Part shown: positions 49,185 through 58,445 of the stretch, one piece after another | How positions within the stretch are numbered: position 1 is the first letter of the stretch | How the letters are laid out: each line of letters begins with the position of its first letter | IMG/VR virus record: IMGVR_UViG_3300048629_000034 | Coordinates: 1 to 64,000 of that record | Length of the DNA: 64,000 nt | DNA from: a virus | Lineage: Duplodnaviria > Caudoviricetes | Reading direction: 5' to 3' (one strand) | Notes under the pieces: generated by a model | What the model was told of the DNA's origin: nothing | Database searches by the model: none | What the model saw: only the letters and a program-made list of their open reading frames with translations | Position numbers and translations under genes: made by a program

Positions 49185-50045
49185 CTATGTATTGTAGTAC
49201 TCATCATCATCTATTTCTAGCACATCTGCATCTTGTATCTCTTCGATATCAGCTTTCTCTTTTTTGTAGTGTATCTTCTGAGCATCAGCTATATTTCCAC
49301 CGGAACCAAATGCAGCCTTTTGATTAGCAATTATGCTAGCCATATTATCATTCATCTTTTGGTATTGCTCCATCATTTTATCACTGTATCCAACCTCTAA
49401 TTGGATCTGCTTGCTTTCGATCTCATCAGGAGCTTTTGTCATATCATACAAGTTTTTAGCTGCTAACATTTCAACCGTAGGACTAACAGCTTTTCCTGTA
49501 GCACTTATACCGTTAGCCAGCTCATATGACTTTTGTATCGCCCACTCATTATAATGAGCAAACTTTATACTTGTATGCACTGCTCTTTGTGCTCTAATGT
49601 CCTTCATTAGCTGTCTATTATTATATCTGCTTACATGAACATCGTATGGAGTTTTTGTTATCCCAGCAGCTAAGTCATCATGAATCTTTTTTGTCTTAGC
49701 TGGGAATACAACTTCGAATGCCTTGACGTTTGGCATAGTATCACATAATATACAGTATTTTAATGCATTAAGAAAATATTCAATATCGTGCGACTGTCCT
49801 ATTTTACCCATTAGTCCTGAGTGCGATAATAGTTGCTCTTCGAAATCTTCAACATCAATTCCACATTGAGCTTGTGAGTTTTTAATTATATCTACAACTT
49901 CGTCAGTAACCATATGTAGCATATTCTTAGGTACGAACTTCTTTAGCTTTTCTATCGTTATACTATTAGCAGCTATCTTAGCCTCACGCTCTTTATCTAT
50001 TCTTGTCTTTTGTATCTCGGTAACTTGTTTCATATTTGGAACCAA
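49185..50045 (-). CDS. N4 gp69-like protein (possible terminase small subunit)
   Basis: ITIEKLKKFVP...FLNALKY...AFEVVFP...VSPTVEMLAA; synteny. Confidence 0.7.
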   Translation of the reverse strand: MVPNMKQVTEIQKTRIDKEREAKIAANSITIEKLKKFVPKNMLHMVTDEVVDIIKNSQAQCGIDVEDFEEQLLSHSGLMGKIGQSHDIEYFLNALKYCILCDTMPNVKAFEVVFPAKTKKIHDDLAAGITKTPYDVHVSRYNNRQLMKDIRAQRAVHTSIKFAHYNEWAIQKSYELANGISATGKAVSPTVEMLAAKNLYDMTKAPDEIESKQIQLEVGYSDKMMEQYQKMNDNMASIIANQKAAFGSGGNIADAQKIHYKKEKADIEEIQDADVLEIDDDEYYNT

Positions 50046-50207
50046 CTATCTCCTAGTCTTTATTTATTTTAGTATATCTAATTGCATATTATTTTTTTAT
50101 TATATATTTTCATTTCTTTAATATCATATGCGGTTCTAGTCCATAGCGTTGCCAACCGCTTCGCTAGGCAACTTGGAATCACCACGTGTTGTGAGAGAGG
50201 AACTTGT

Positions 50208-50720
50208 TTATTTGAACGCCAGAGTTTTAGCAGCTCTTTGCATTAGCAATTCCACATTATCAACCACAGGCTCAGGTTCCGGCTCGTAGTCTGCATATTT
50301 ATCGAGTAACTTTTCGTACTCTTCAATCAATCGCTCTTCGCTATTTACATAGAAGAACTCGGTATGCCCACTTATTTTGTCATCCATCATCACAGAACCA
50401 GATAACAATAACTGATGCATTTCCTTCTCTATCTTGCGGAAGCCTTTCGACATCCTATATCGCTTCACACTAGTCCTTGGTATATATCTCCAATGGTTGA
50501 ACATCGACATCACAACCTCAGATAATCTGTGCTGTACCTTACGACTCGTTATCCCCACCTTATATATCGTAGTTGAACCAACACTATTACCATCAGCATC
50601 TTTCTCCAGTATTATATCGTGGAATTTATCTCCGCCCATATCTATGCAGATATCGTGTTGGATCTCAAACTTCATAATATATATAATCTGGTTTTTTGCT
50701 GATAACTTCTCTTTATTCAT
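50208..50720 (-). CDS. T5orf172/GIY-YIG-like protein
   Basis: IYIM...YKVGITSR..QHRL...IEKEMH...GHTEFF. Confidence 0.75.
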   Translation of the reverse strand: MNKEKLSAKNQIIYIMKFEIQHDICIDMGGDKFHDIILEKDADGNSVGSTTIYKVGITSRKVQHRLSEVVMSMFNHWRYIPRTSVKRYRMSKGFRKIEKEMHQLLLSGSVMMDDKISGHTEFFYVNSEERLIEEYEKLLDKYADYEPEPEPVVDNVELLMQRAAKTLAFK

Positions 50721-50723
50721 ATT

Positions 50724-51425
50724 CTAGAATCTTTTTTCGTATCCAAGTTTTATTCCATACTGAGGCTTGTCTCGACCTTGAGTAGTTGAATAATAACCAG
50801 AAGCATCGAAGCCTCCGTTCTTATATGAACCACCTATTTCATTTTTCTTATTTCCACCTGGGTCTCTGTCGACATCTGCATACATATTGTAACTGACAGG
50901 CGTTCCGTCTGGAAGGTTATATTTATCTCCATACGATACTCTTCCTCCGTAAGCAGCACGCCCTGCGGAATCTGGTCTCATGTATCTTGTATCAACTTTG
51001 ATATTGCCGAACTTATCTCCAGCATGAGCAATCGTCATATCGCCGTCATATCCTCTATCGTTAGTCATCTTTCTTCCGACATTAGCATATGCAGAACCAG
51101 ACAATGGAGCATTAGCCTGAACATATAAATCAAGTGCCCGTGATACATCACCACCTTGTTCCAATTCTGGCTCAATGTATTGGATCTCGTTCTTTGGTCC
51201 ATCGTATCCAGCTTCAACTGCAGCAAGATAATTAGCCGTATCTTGAGCTACAGCTTCATTATATTGTTCTATCGCAGTTTGAGATGCTATTCTATTTCTG
51301 TCTCTAGCCGTAAGTTCTCCTTTTAACTTACCTAAATCTAATCCAGTGTCATACTGAAATATACCGTTTCTGCTTTTGTCTTTTGTTCTGATTTGCTTCC
51401 GCTTTTTATCTACATATACCGACAT
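50724..51425 (-). CDS. Hypothetical protein with beta-barrel-like C-terminal half
   Basis: Gly/Tyr amphipathic strands ending YGIKLGYEKRF. Confidence 0.5.
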   Translation of the reverse strand: MSVYVDKKRKQIRTKDKSRNGIFQYDTGLDLGKLKGELTARDRNRIASQTAIEQYNEAVAQDTANYLAAVEAGYDGPKNEIQYIEPELEQGGDVSRALDLYVQANAPLSGSAYANVGRKMTNDRGYDGDMTIAHAGDKFGNIKVDTRYMRPDSAGRAAYGGRVSYGDKYNLPDGTPVSYNMYADVDRDPGGNKKNEIGGSYKNGGFDASGYYSTTQGRDKPQYGIKLGYEKRF

Positions 51426-51803
51426 ATAATATCCTTATCTTCATAGAACCAATTATACCTTACCGATATCAATTTGTCAACCTTATATCTAGTCCGACCA
51501 TATTTGGCTCTGACGGTATTATAATATTTTGGAGATGTTGTGGTATGGATTAGTCCTGTTATCGTCTTGGTGCCCCCGGGTGTGATCATGGGGAGGTGAT
51601 GTTGGGTTGTTTTATTGGAGGGGGAGGTTGAGGGAAAACCATATTTTGGAAATTTGTAGCATGTATGAAAATGTGATGTTCCCCATATACGGAAGCTCGC
51701 AATCGAAACATACCCCGCCCTATCAATTCAAATTCTAATAACGATACTTATATTTCTAGCAGAGTTACTTTCTCTCGGAAATAATCTTCTCCATATACTT
51801 TGT

Positions 51804-51835
51804 AATACAGTTCCTGTATTTTTTCTATCTATTGG
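51804..51835 (+). promoter_or_regulatory. vRNAP hairpin promoter P1
   Basis: AATACAG-TTC-CTGTATT-TTTT-CTATCTATTGG; GAA triloop on the template strand. Confidence 0.8.
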
Positions 51836-51908
51836 ATAAATCCGTTATCCGTTTTAACTGTATCATATAGATACAATCACAACCCATATTACTGTAGGAG
51901 GTATATTT

Positions 51909-52241
51909 ATGGAAAATCTAACTTTATTAATCGTTGTAGCCTTAGTTGGTCTTTATATTGTAAACAGACTTGATTTGTTTGACAATGGTGAAAAGTATGC
52001 GAAAGCTACTTTAAGAAAAGCAGTTATCAAACAAGAAGCTTCTCTTAAGAAGACTGAGGTTTCTGTTGGTAGAAAGAATGCCGAGCTGGCCGAATCTTTA
52101 GTTGACAATCCAATATTGTCAACTAAAGCACTTGGTTCTGTGGTCAATCAAGCTAGTAATATATATTCACAACAAATTGTTGCTGATATACAATCTAGAT
52201 TGAAATCAACTACAACTGGTAGTAACACACCACCAATGTAG
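51909..52241 (+). CDS. Early membrane-anchored protein
   Basis: N-terminal TM helix; AGGAGG SD. Confidence 0.75.
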   Translation: MENLTLLIVVALVGLYIVNRLDLFDNGEKYAKATLRKAVIKQEASLKKTEVSVGRKNAELAESLVDNPILSTKALGSVVNQASNIYSQQIVADIQSRLKSTTTGSNTPPM

Positions 52242-52247
52242 TTGTAG

Positions 52248-52282
52248 TTGCTGGGGCTTAATTGCCTTCAGCAATTTCTTTT
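52248..52282 (+). terminator. Intrinsic terminator overlapping P2
   Basis: TTGCTGGGGC-TTAATT-GCCTTCAGCAA followed by TTTCTTTT. Confidence 0.6.
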
Positions 52283-52291
52283 ATCTATTGG
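52260..52291 (+). promoter_or_regulatory. vRNAP hairpin promoter P2
   Basis: AATTGCC-TTC-AGCAATT-TCTT-TTATCTATTGG; same spacing as P1. Confidence 0.65.
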
Positions 52292-52367
52292 ATACTATAT
52301 ATTGTATCCGTCGTCTATCTATTGCTCTTCTGAGTTAATCTAATTTATATCTTGAAAGGATATTATA

Positions 52368-52796
52368 ATGGCAAAAAATAAAACTGAATCTAAAAATGTG
52401 TTTGTAAACTTAGACAATGGGATTTCTCTGAACGGTCTAAAGACTGAACTGTCTGAAGATAAGTTATTCGAATGGGCTGAAGCATCAGTTGGAATGATGT
52501 TCAAACTTCATTTCAAATCTAAATCTGATGGGTATACAGAGTACCCTGGGATTTCTGATATTGAAGCATCACTAGATGCTCTAAACCAATTTAAAGATGC
52601 TGCTGGCAACAGCAAATTCTTCACCAAATGTCAATCGTCACCTGACATTTGGGCAGCAATTGATGTTGCTGCTGTAAAACAATTAACATTCAATAAGTCT
52701 GGAGTATGGATTACTCTTGGTAGTCCACATATCATCCCAACTGAGGATGAAATCGAGGCTAGCAAAGCAGCTGTAGCTGCCTACCTAGCTGATTAA
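52368..52796 (+). CDS. Early hypothetical protein
   Basis: AAAGGA SD; followed by a CTTCGG hairpin at about 52801-52818. Confidence 0.75.
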   Translation: MAKNKTESKNVFVNLDNGISLNGLKTELSEDKLFEWAEASVGMMFKLHFKSKSDGYTEYPGISDIEASLDALNQFKDAAGNSKFFTKCQSSPDIWAAIDVAAVKQLTFNKSGVWITLGSPHIIPTEDEIEASKAAVAAYLAD

Positions 52797-52841
52797 GTTA
52801 TCCGAGCTTCGGCTTGGGTTTCTTATTCTTCTTTTTTTTAC

Positions 52842-52957
52842 CTTCTCCATATACATCATTTCACTATCAATCTCATACATCTCAAATCATTACCTTCTCC
52901 ATACACAGTCTTCTATCAATCTAACTTCTACTAATCTATTCTAACTTCTCCATATAC
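52842..52957. repeat. CTTCTCCATA(T/C)AC repeats
   Basis: Copies at 52842, 52894 and 52945, plus one at 51786. Confidence 0.75.
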
Positions 52958-53016
52958 TTCAGGGCAGGGGATAGTGTCAAGAGGAAGTACCGTATTACAG
53001 ATAGTGCAGACCTCTT

Positions 53017-53048
53017 AATTCTCTTCGAGAATTTTTTCTATCTATTGG
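53017..53048 (+). promoter_or_regulatory. vRNAP hairpin promoter P3
   Basis: AATTCTC-TTC-GAGAATT-TTTT-CTATCTATTGG. Confidence 0.8.
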
Positions 53049-53111
53049 TAACTCTATATATGATAGAACCAACAACAACCAGCATTATTATACATTATAA
53101 AAGGAAACATT

Positions 53112-53204
53112 ATGGAATACATACAATTTATATTCGGATGGATATTATTTCTATCTATCGTATTAGGCATACCATTATATATGGCATACCAAGATAGGGG
53201 TTAA
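53112..53204 (+). CDS. 30-aa transmembrane microprotein (not in the ORF track)
   Basis: AAGGA SD; MEYIQFIFGWILFLSIVLGIPLYMAYQDRG. Confidence 0.6.
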   Translation: MEYIQFIFGWILFLSIVLGIPLYMAYQDRG

Positions 53205-53350
53205 TTATTTGTGTCAACCGACTCATCATCGAGACATATTCTATGAAACAGACACAAATGCAGTAACGATAGGGCTTATAAAGCTTTATGGCTCAAATAT
53301 GTGTGTCAGCGACACAATTGCAAAAGCTGACTCATTTGTGTCAACCAGAA

Positions 53351-54163
53351 CTAACATTCTGGCTCCTCATCATCATTTACTTCATATAATAAGTCTTTTA
53401 GAACTGTCGATATATGTGATTTAGATATTTTCAATAGTTTCATATTCGTAACTGCAAGTCTTGTTATCTCATAAGCTTGAGCTAACATTGGATCTCCAGG
53501 TTCTTCCTCTTGCTGATCATCATTGCTCTCCTTAGCCAGCTTCTCGAGATATTCTATATCTTTACGAATTACAGATAGTACATCAGTTAATCTTCCAGAC
53601 ATAGTCTCATACATTCCACCTTTAAATAACAGATCCAATACAGTTGGTCTAGTTTTATTAATGTATGAACAATGCACAAGTAACTTCTTACTAACAGAAT
53701 GTTTCTGAGCAGCCATCATTTGATTTATACCTTTGGCTTTATGTTCTCGGAATGCAGTAATAGCTAATATAGTCTTAGTACTATGGACTCTGGTTCTAGT
53801 CTGACCTATCATTACTTCAAGATCTTCAATCTTAGTATTAGATGGAATTTCAACAGCATATATATCTTCGATACCTGCTTTGATACAACCATCAAGTCTA
53901 TTACGACCATCAACAACAGAAGTTTTACCTCGTTTCTTCCATAACCATATTGGTTCTAATTGACCATCTATCTTAAGTGATTGACCAATAGATTGTCTTT
54001 CATCTTCAGATCCATATGGTTGAGTCCAAGTAACTTTGTGGTAATTCTTGATATCCTGTTGATAATGGTCAGCTACTTTTACAAGCTGCCAAGTTTCAGT
54101 ATTCTTTGCTAATCTAGCTTTTGTCATATTGACTCCTTTATTTATAAGGAAAGTATACAGCAA
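53351..54163 (-). CDS. ParB/Srx N-terminal domain protein, inverted within the early region
   Basis: SLKIDGQLEPI...VVDGRNRL. True start probably MTKARL at 54127 (AAGGAG SD). Confidence 0.75.
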   Translation of the reverse strand: MLYTFLINKGVNMTKARLAKNTETWQLVKVADHYQQDIKNYHKVTWTQPYGSEDERQSIGQSLKIDGQLEPIWLWKKRGKTSVVDGRNRLDGCIKAGIEDIYAVEIPSNTKIEDLEVMIGQTRTRVHSTKTILAITAFREHKAKGINQMMAAQKHSVSKKLLVHCSYINKTRPTVLDLLFKGGMYETMSGRLTDVLSVIRKDIEYLEKLAKESNDDQQEEEPGDPMLAQAYEITRLAVTNMKLLKISKSHISTVLKDLLYEVNDDEEPEC

Positions 54164-54171
54164 TTATACTT

Positions 54172-54450
54172 AAAAGTAACTGAATAAGTAACCGAAAGCT
54201 ATAGCAAATATATATTATAGCTTTTATTTCTTGTAAACTACCACAGTTAACATCTTTATAGCTAATAAATATAACAAAAAGAGGGTAAAAGTAACTGTAT
54301 TTGCACAATTATATTCCAGTTACTTTTTATACAATTACAGAGGTACGCAGTTCCACTTGTAATACTATAGGGCACTGACTTTTTGGTAAGAACATGTTAA
54401 CTGTGGTGGCTAGAGTACCGAAAGCTATAGCATGTTCCAATTATAGCTTT
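54172..54450. repeat. Nested direct and inverted repeats upstream of the ParB-like gene
   Basis: ACCGAAAGCTATAGCA occurs twice; ACCACAGTTAACAT IR; AAAAGTAACTG as both direct and inverted repeat. Confidence 0.75.
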
Positions 54451-54697
54451 TGCAGGAATATAAATAGTATTATTTTATATTGCATGGAGTCAATAGTGTG
54501 CTCATCCGCTAACGCTACGAGCACATTCTCCATCACAAATAGGAGAGAAGGAAAATACATAAAACTAGCATAATTTCTTTCCTTCTAAAAAGGACAACCT
54601 CCACAGAGCCCATCTGATGGGGCCTACACGACTATCCACGACCAACTTTGCCACAACAACCTGGCCTATACAGACTCTATATAAAAGGAAGCACAAA

Positions 54698-54910
54698 ATG
54701 CACAACCAAACTCAATACCAATCAAACCCACTACAGGACTCATTAGACATCCAATTCAGCGAGATTAACCTAATCAACAGTACATCATATGCAGCGGAGC
54801 TAAACACCAGTAAACTCAAGCTATCGAACAAATACGAACAGCGCATAACTAAGTCAAAGCTATGGCATAATCCTTCAATGGCTGAGCTCATATCTGCGAT
54901 CAAATCATAA
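54698..54910 (+). CDS. Hypothetical protein
   Basis: AAAGGA SD before MHNQTQY. Confidence 0.45.
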   Translation: MHNQTQYQSNPLQDSLDIQFSEINLINSTSYAAELNTSKLKLSNKYEQRITKSKLWHNPSMAELISAIKS

Positions 54911-55054
54911 CCATCTAACCCACAACAGAACCTCTTCCGTTACAGGGTTGGGCTAGCGTCAGCGGTGCCCAACATATCTATTAGAACCAAATAGTCAGAA
55001 CATGTAATAAATTAAATTATAAAAAAAGAAATAGATAACAAACAGCTTCTTTTT

Positions 55055-55086
55055 ACTACGCTTCGCTTCGTTTTTCTATCTATTGG
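55055..55086 (+). promoter_or_regulatory. vRNAP hairpin promoter P4
   Basis: ACTACGC-TTC-GCTTCGT-TTTT-CTATCTATTGG; template core is GCGAAGC. Confidence 0.7.
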
Positions 55087-55260
55087 ATATCTTTGCCACT
55101 CCTACATTAGGCAATTATATCTAGATAACGGAAATTATCCATAACATAACAATAGTAGTTATGGAATATATTTATCGAACCAATGACGACTCCTACAATA
55201 GTTGTTGGTTCTATTAAGTATATATCGCATTATATACAAATCAAATACAAAGGAAACATT

Positions 55261-55551
55261 ATGTTAGAAATAGGAATAGCAATAGCTGCAGGTATATATA
55301 TCTGGATGAATCGTGAGAGAGTTAAAACTTACTCATCAACTCAAGAGGAAGCGTCTAAAGTGGCAGCAAAGAAAGCTGAAGTAGATATGCAAGAAGATCT
55401 AGCTGAGCTTGAAGAAGAAGTACTGGAGACAATCCAAAATAATAACGGTAAGTGGCATTCAGTTAAATCAATTGACAAACTAATTAGAGAAGCTAAGAAG
55501 AAAACACTAGCTGACCTGCAACAAGTACCAACAAATACACCACCAGTGTAA
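55261..55551 (+). CDS. Early membrane-anchored protein, paralogue of 51909-52241
   Basis: AAGGA SD before MLEIGIAIAAG; ends NTPPV. Confidence 0.7.
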   Translation: MLEIGIAIAAGIYIWMNRERVKTYSSTQEEASKVAAKKAEVDMQEDLAELEEEVLETIQNNNGKWHSVKSIDKLIREAKKKTLADLQQVPTNTPPV

Positions 55552-55666
55552 ATTCATAGAACCAATTATCAGTATTGGTTCTGTTGAGTTTATTATATAT
55601 CGCATAGTAAACCAAATCGTTTTATGTATCACAGATAGTGAGAACCAATCATCCAAAGGAAACAAA

Positions 55667-56332
55667 ATGAGTAAATTAACTAAAGAACAACTAATCGCAC
55701 AAATCGCAGAAGCAGCTAAAACTAGAGCAATCGAAGCATCAGATAGAATTGAAGAGATCAAACTAACTAATGAATTAACATATATCCAGTCAGATAAATA
55801 TCTAGATGATCAAGTTAAGTTAGCCGATGATAAAATTCTGCTGGCTATAACTAAGCCATTGAATGCAATCAGTGATCTATCTTTCACTAGATATAAAGAG
55901 TTTATGTTTGGTTCACAACTTAATGAATTACTTGGAGCTATCAGAACTGTACAATTCCAGAAGAAAGAGGGCCATGTTCCACTAAATGAAGCTATCCTAA
56001 CTTCTCCAGAGCTAGAGCAATTCATTAATATAATCGACCTGCATGGATCTGAATTACCTGAAGCTATGGGCAGACAGACTTACTTTGATAAGTTAACTGG
56101 AACTATTGTGTCTGGTACTATTGGTGATGCTGAGCAAGCAAGAGATATCTTATCTACAATATGTAGAGAACTTGGATTGTGTAATGTATCACTAAGCAAA
56201 GTGTCGCATGCGCACTTTACATTATTAGAGGACAAAGCTGTAATAAGAGCAAATCAAATGCTGGAAGACAACCAATTATTATCTGGTGAAGCAGTATCAG
56301 CTTCTGAAGACATAGTATACCAAACAGCATAG
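55667..56332 (+). CDS. Early hypothetical protein
   Basis: AAAGGA SD; terminator-like hairpin at about 56340-56372. Confidence 0.75.
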   Translation: MSKLTKEQLIAQIAEAAKTRAIEASDRIEEIKLTNELTYIQSDKYLDDQVKLADDKILLAITKPLNAISDLSFTRYKEFMFGSQLNELLGAIRTVQFQKKEGHVPLNEAILTSPELEQFINIIDLHGSELPEAMGRQTYFDKLTGTIVSGTIGDAEQARDILSTICRELGLCNVSLSKVSHAHFTLLEDKAVIRANQMLEDNQLLSGEAVSASEDIVYQTA

Positions 56333-56407
56333 GCTCAAGTTAGTGGGGAGTGATCCCTGCTAAACATTTTTTAACACTATAATTAACTATAATTGAAAGG
56401 ATAGTAA

Positions 56408-58309
56408 ATGAGTAATAACAACACAATGACAATAAGAGAAAGACTAGCAGAGAGAGTAAGTTTTAGAACACAACTGCAAGAGCATGGAAAGCTTCTATTG
56501 CCTTTAGAGATAACGGATAGACTAACATTCGAACCAAGTGACAGGCTATTACTTATGTGGCAGGCAATCTGGAATAACTACCTAAGGAATCACAGTAGTA
56601 CACCTACTCCATATTGGTATGATGAAGTAAACAGTCCAGCAGAATTTAATCAATTTACTAAAGCATGTTGTGATGCTGGTTGGATCAAATCTATAGTGGT
56701 ACCAACTAGACACTGGGCTGAACTTGAATTAGTTGAGTCTAAGCTTCATGAATATATCGAACCAGCTATGATACTTCATATGAGAGGACACAAGAAATTC
56801 GTTAAATATGTAATGACTGAAACTAAAGCCGAATCTAATATCTTCGGAGACACTCCAAGTGAAACAATAACTAAAGCATCTCGTACTAGAGTTAATGGTA
56901 AAGTATCTGATACAGGTATCACTAGAACTGGATTTGCTAAGGCAGGTAAATCTAAATTCAAATTCGATACAGCTAAACTAGTTGAATATTATGATGCAAT
57001 CATTGCTAATACTACTAAAGGTATCGCTAAAGCAGTGGCGAAGCATAACATCAAGCTAGATGGTGCAGATTATCAATCAATCAGTACTGATATAGTAGAC
57101 TACTATATACATTCTGATGGAGTATATCAACTGGGTGCTAATATAAATGATTCCCGTGGAAGAGCAATCAGTTCTGCATTAACTAGAGTATTTAATCCAA
57201 TCGGCTTCAAGGACGCTAGAGCATTACTATTATTAGAACCAAAGCTAATAACTGATCGACCTGAGTACCTACATGCAATATATCTATTTATAGCTGAACT
57301 AAATGGTATCAAGCGATGTGAATCAGAACAAGAGAAGGCAAATCTAGGTAAGAAATTCTATATCAACAGAGAATTACCTGAGTTAGATCTAACTGATGAG
57401 GAGGACCTAAAAGATCTACATGAACTTATTTGGTTGGAACGACTGTATGACGAACTGGACGAGCTTAAATCACTATCTAAAGATGCTGCTTGGAGAACTT
57501 GTGTACCTTTAGAAAATGACGCCGGAGCTTCACTTCTACAGTTCGATGCAGTATTACTTAATCACAAACCATACATGGAAAGAACCAACTTATTAGTTGA
57601 AACTGGTATAACTGATCCTTGGTATATCGATGGACTAACTAGACCTCAAGTGAAATTTACTTGTACACCGTATTTGTATGGCTCTAGTCAGACTCCAGAA
57701 AAACTATGGTCAAAGAATAAAGTGCCGTTTATTAAACGTGATGTAGCACTTATGTCGCATCATCTTAGAAACGGTGACTATGCAGTAGCAAACTTATTTA
57801 AGAACTTCATAATCGATAATGTACAACCTACAGAGTCAATGAAAATCAAAATATGGAATGAAGAATTTACTATTGAATGTAACAGATTCAAGAATGTAGG
57901 TGATTATACTAAGATATACAAACTGTATAATTCAACTACGGGTACAATTGAACGAATAGCTCATACACATACACATAAAGTACCTGATTTGGTTCAATTC
58001 AGAAGATACTTCAAAACACTTCTAACTCATAATCTTGATTCACAAGTAGCTAACAATGTATGTAAGCAATTGGACTGGTCGCTATCTATCCATGATGCAT
58101 TTGTAACTTATGCTACAGATGCGAAGTTGACTAGACAATTATATGCAGAGCAGATTGAGGCAGTATATGCAGACAGACAACAAATCTTAAATGATTTCTT
58201 CAAGTCTATCAATCTTCATCCAAGAGCTATGAAACAATGGAAACAGTTACAAGAGCAAATCATACCGCTAGAAGGTGATTTCAAATGTAATGATATGGCC
58301 CTAAAGTAA
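56408..58309 (+). CDS. T7-like single-subunit RNA polymerase (unsplit N4 RNAP II equivalent)
   Basis: DSRGR, motif A ENDAGASLLQ, motif B RPQVKFTCTPYLYGS, THNLDS, motif C SIHDAF. Confidence 0.88.
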   Translation: MSNNNTMTIRERLAERVSFRTQLQEHGKLLLPLEITDRLTFEPSDRLLLMWQAIWNNYLRNHSSTPTPYWYDEVNSPAEFNQFTKACCDAGWIKSIVVPTRHWAELELVESKLHEYIEPAMILHMRGHKKFVKYVMTETKAESNIFGDTPSETITKASRTRVNGKVSDTGITRTGFAKAGKSKFKFDTAKLVEYYDAIIANTTKGIAKAVAKHNIKLDGADYQSISTDIVDYYIHSDGVYQLGANINDSRGRAISSALTRVFNPIGFKDARALLLLEPKLITDRPEYLHAIYLFIAELNGIKRCESEQEKANLGKKFYINRELPELDLTDEEDLKDLHELIWLERLYDELDELKSLSKDAAWRTCVPLENDAGASLLQFDAVLLNHKPYMERTNLLVETGITDPWYIDGLTRPQVKFTCTPYLYGSSQTPEKLWSKNKVPFIKRDVALMSHHLRNGDYAVANLFKNFIIDNVQPTESMKIKIWNEEFTIECNRFKNVGDYTKIYKLYNSTTGTIERIAHTHTHKVPDLVQFRRYFKTLLTHNLDSQVANNVCKQLDWSLSIHDAFVTYATDAKLTRQLYAEQIEAVYADRQQILNDFFKSINLHPRAMKQWKQLQEQIIPLEGDFKCNDMALK

Positions 58310-58326
58310 TCTCATTAACTATCTAA

Positions 58327-58365
58327 TTATATCTATACCGAAAGGTGTAGGTATAATTTTTTTTT
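58327..58365 (+). terminator. Terminator after the RNAP gene
   Basis: TTATATCTATACC-GAAA-GGTGTAGGTATAA followed by a T-run. Confidence 0.75.
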
Positions 58366-58445
58366 ACAATGAAAGAAAATGGATAGAATATTATAGGTAT
58401 AATCTTATGATATCTATTTTTTTACGAAAGATAGAAAGGAAAATT

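Noticed and set aside
50128-50195. GC-richer stem-loop resembling a tRNA
   Set aside because: No cloverleaf or T-loop consensus could be built. No tRNA was recognised anywhere in the window by eye.
398-50727. Many plus-strand ORFs antisense to late genes (e.g. 3257-3889, 5492-6211, 11030-11617)
   Set aside because: S/L/F/I-rich shadow translations of real minus-strand genes, with no recognisable motifs.
53209-53424. 71-aa plus-strand ORF
   Set aside because: Non-ATG start, overlaps the repeat array and the ParB-like gene end, and has no convincing SD.
51786-55086. Repeats in the early region as a CRISPR array
   Set aside because: Repeats are short and separated by genes, with no cas genes; better explained as promoters and binding boxes.
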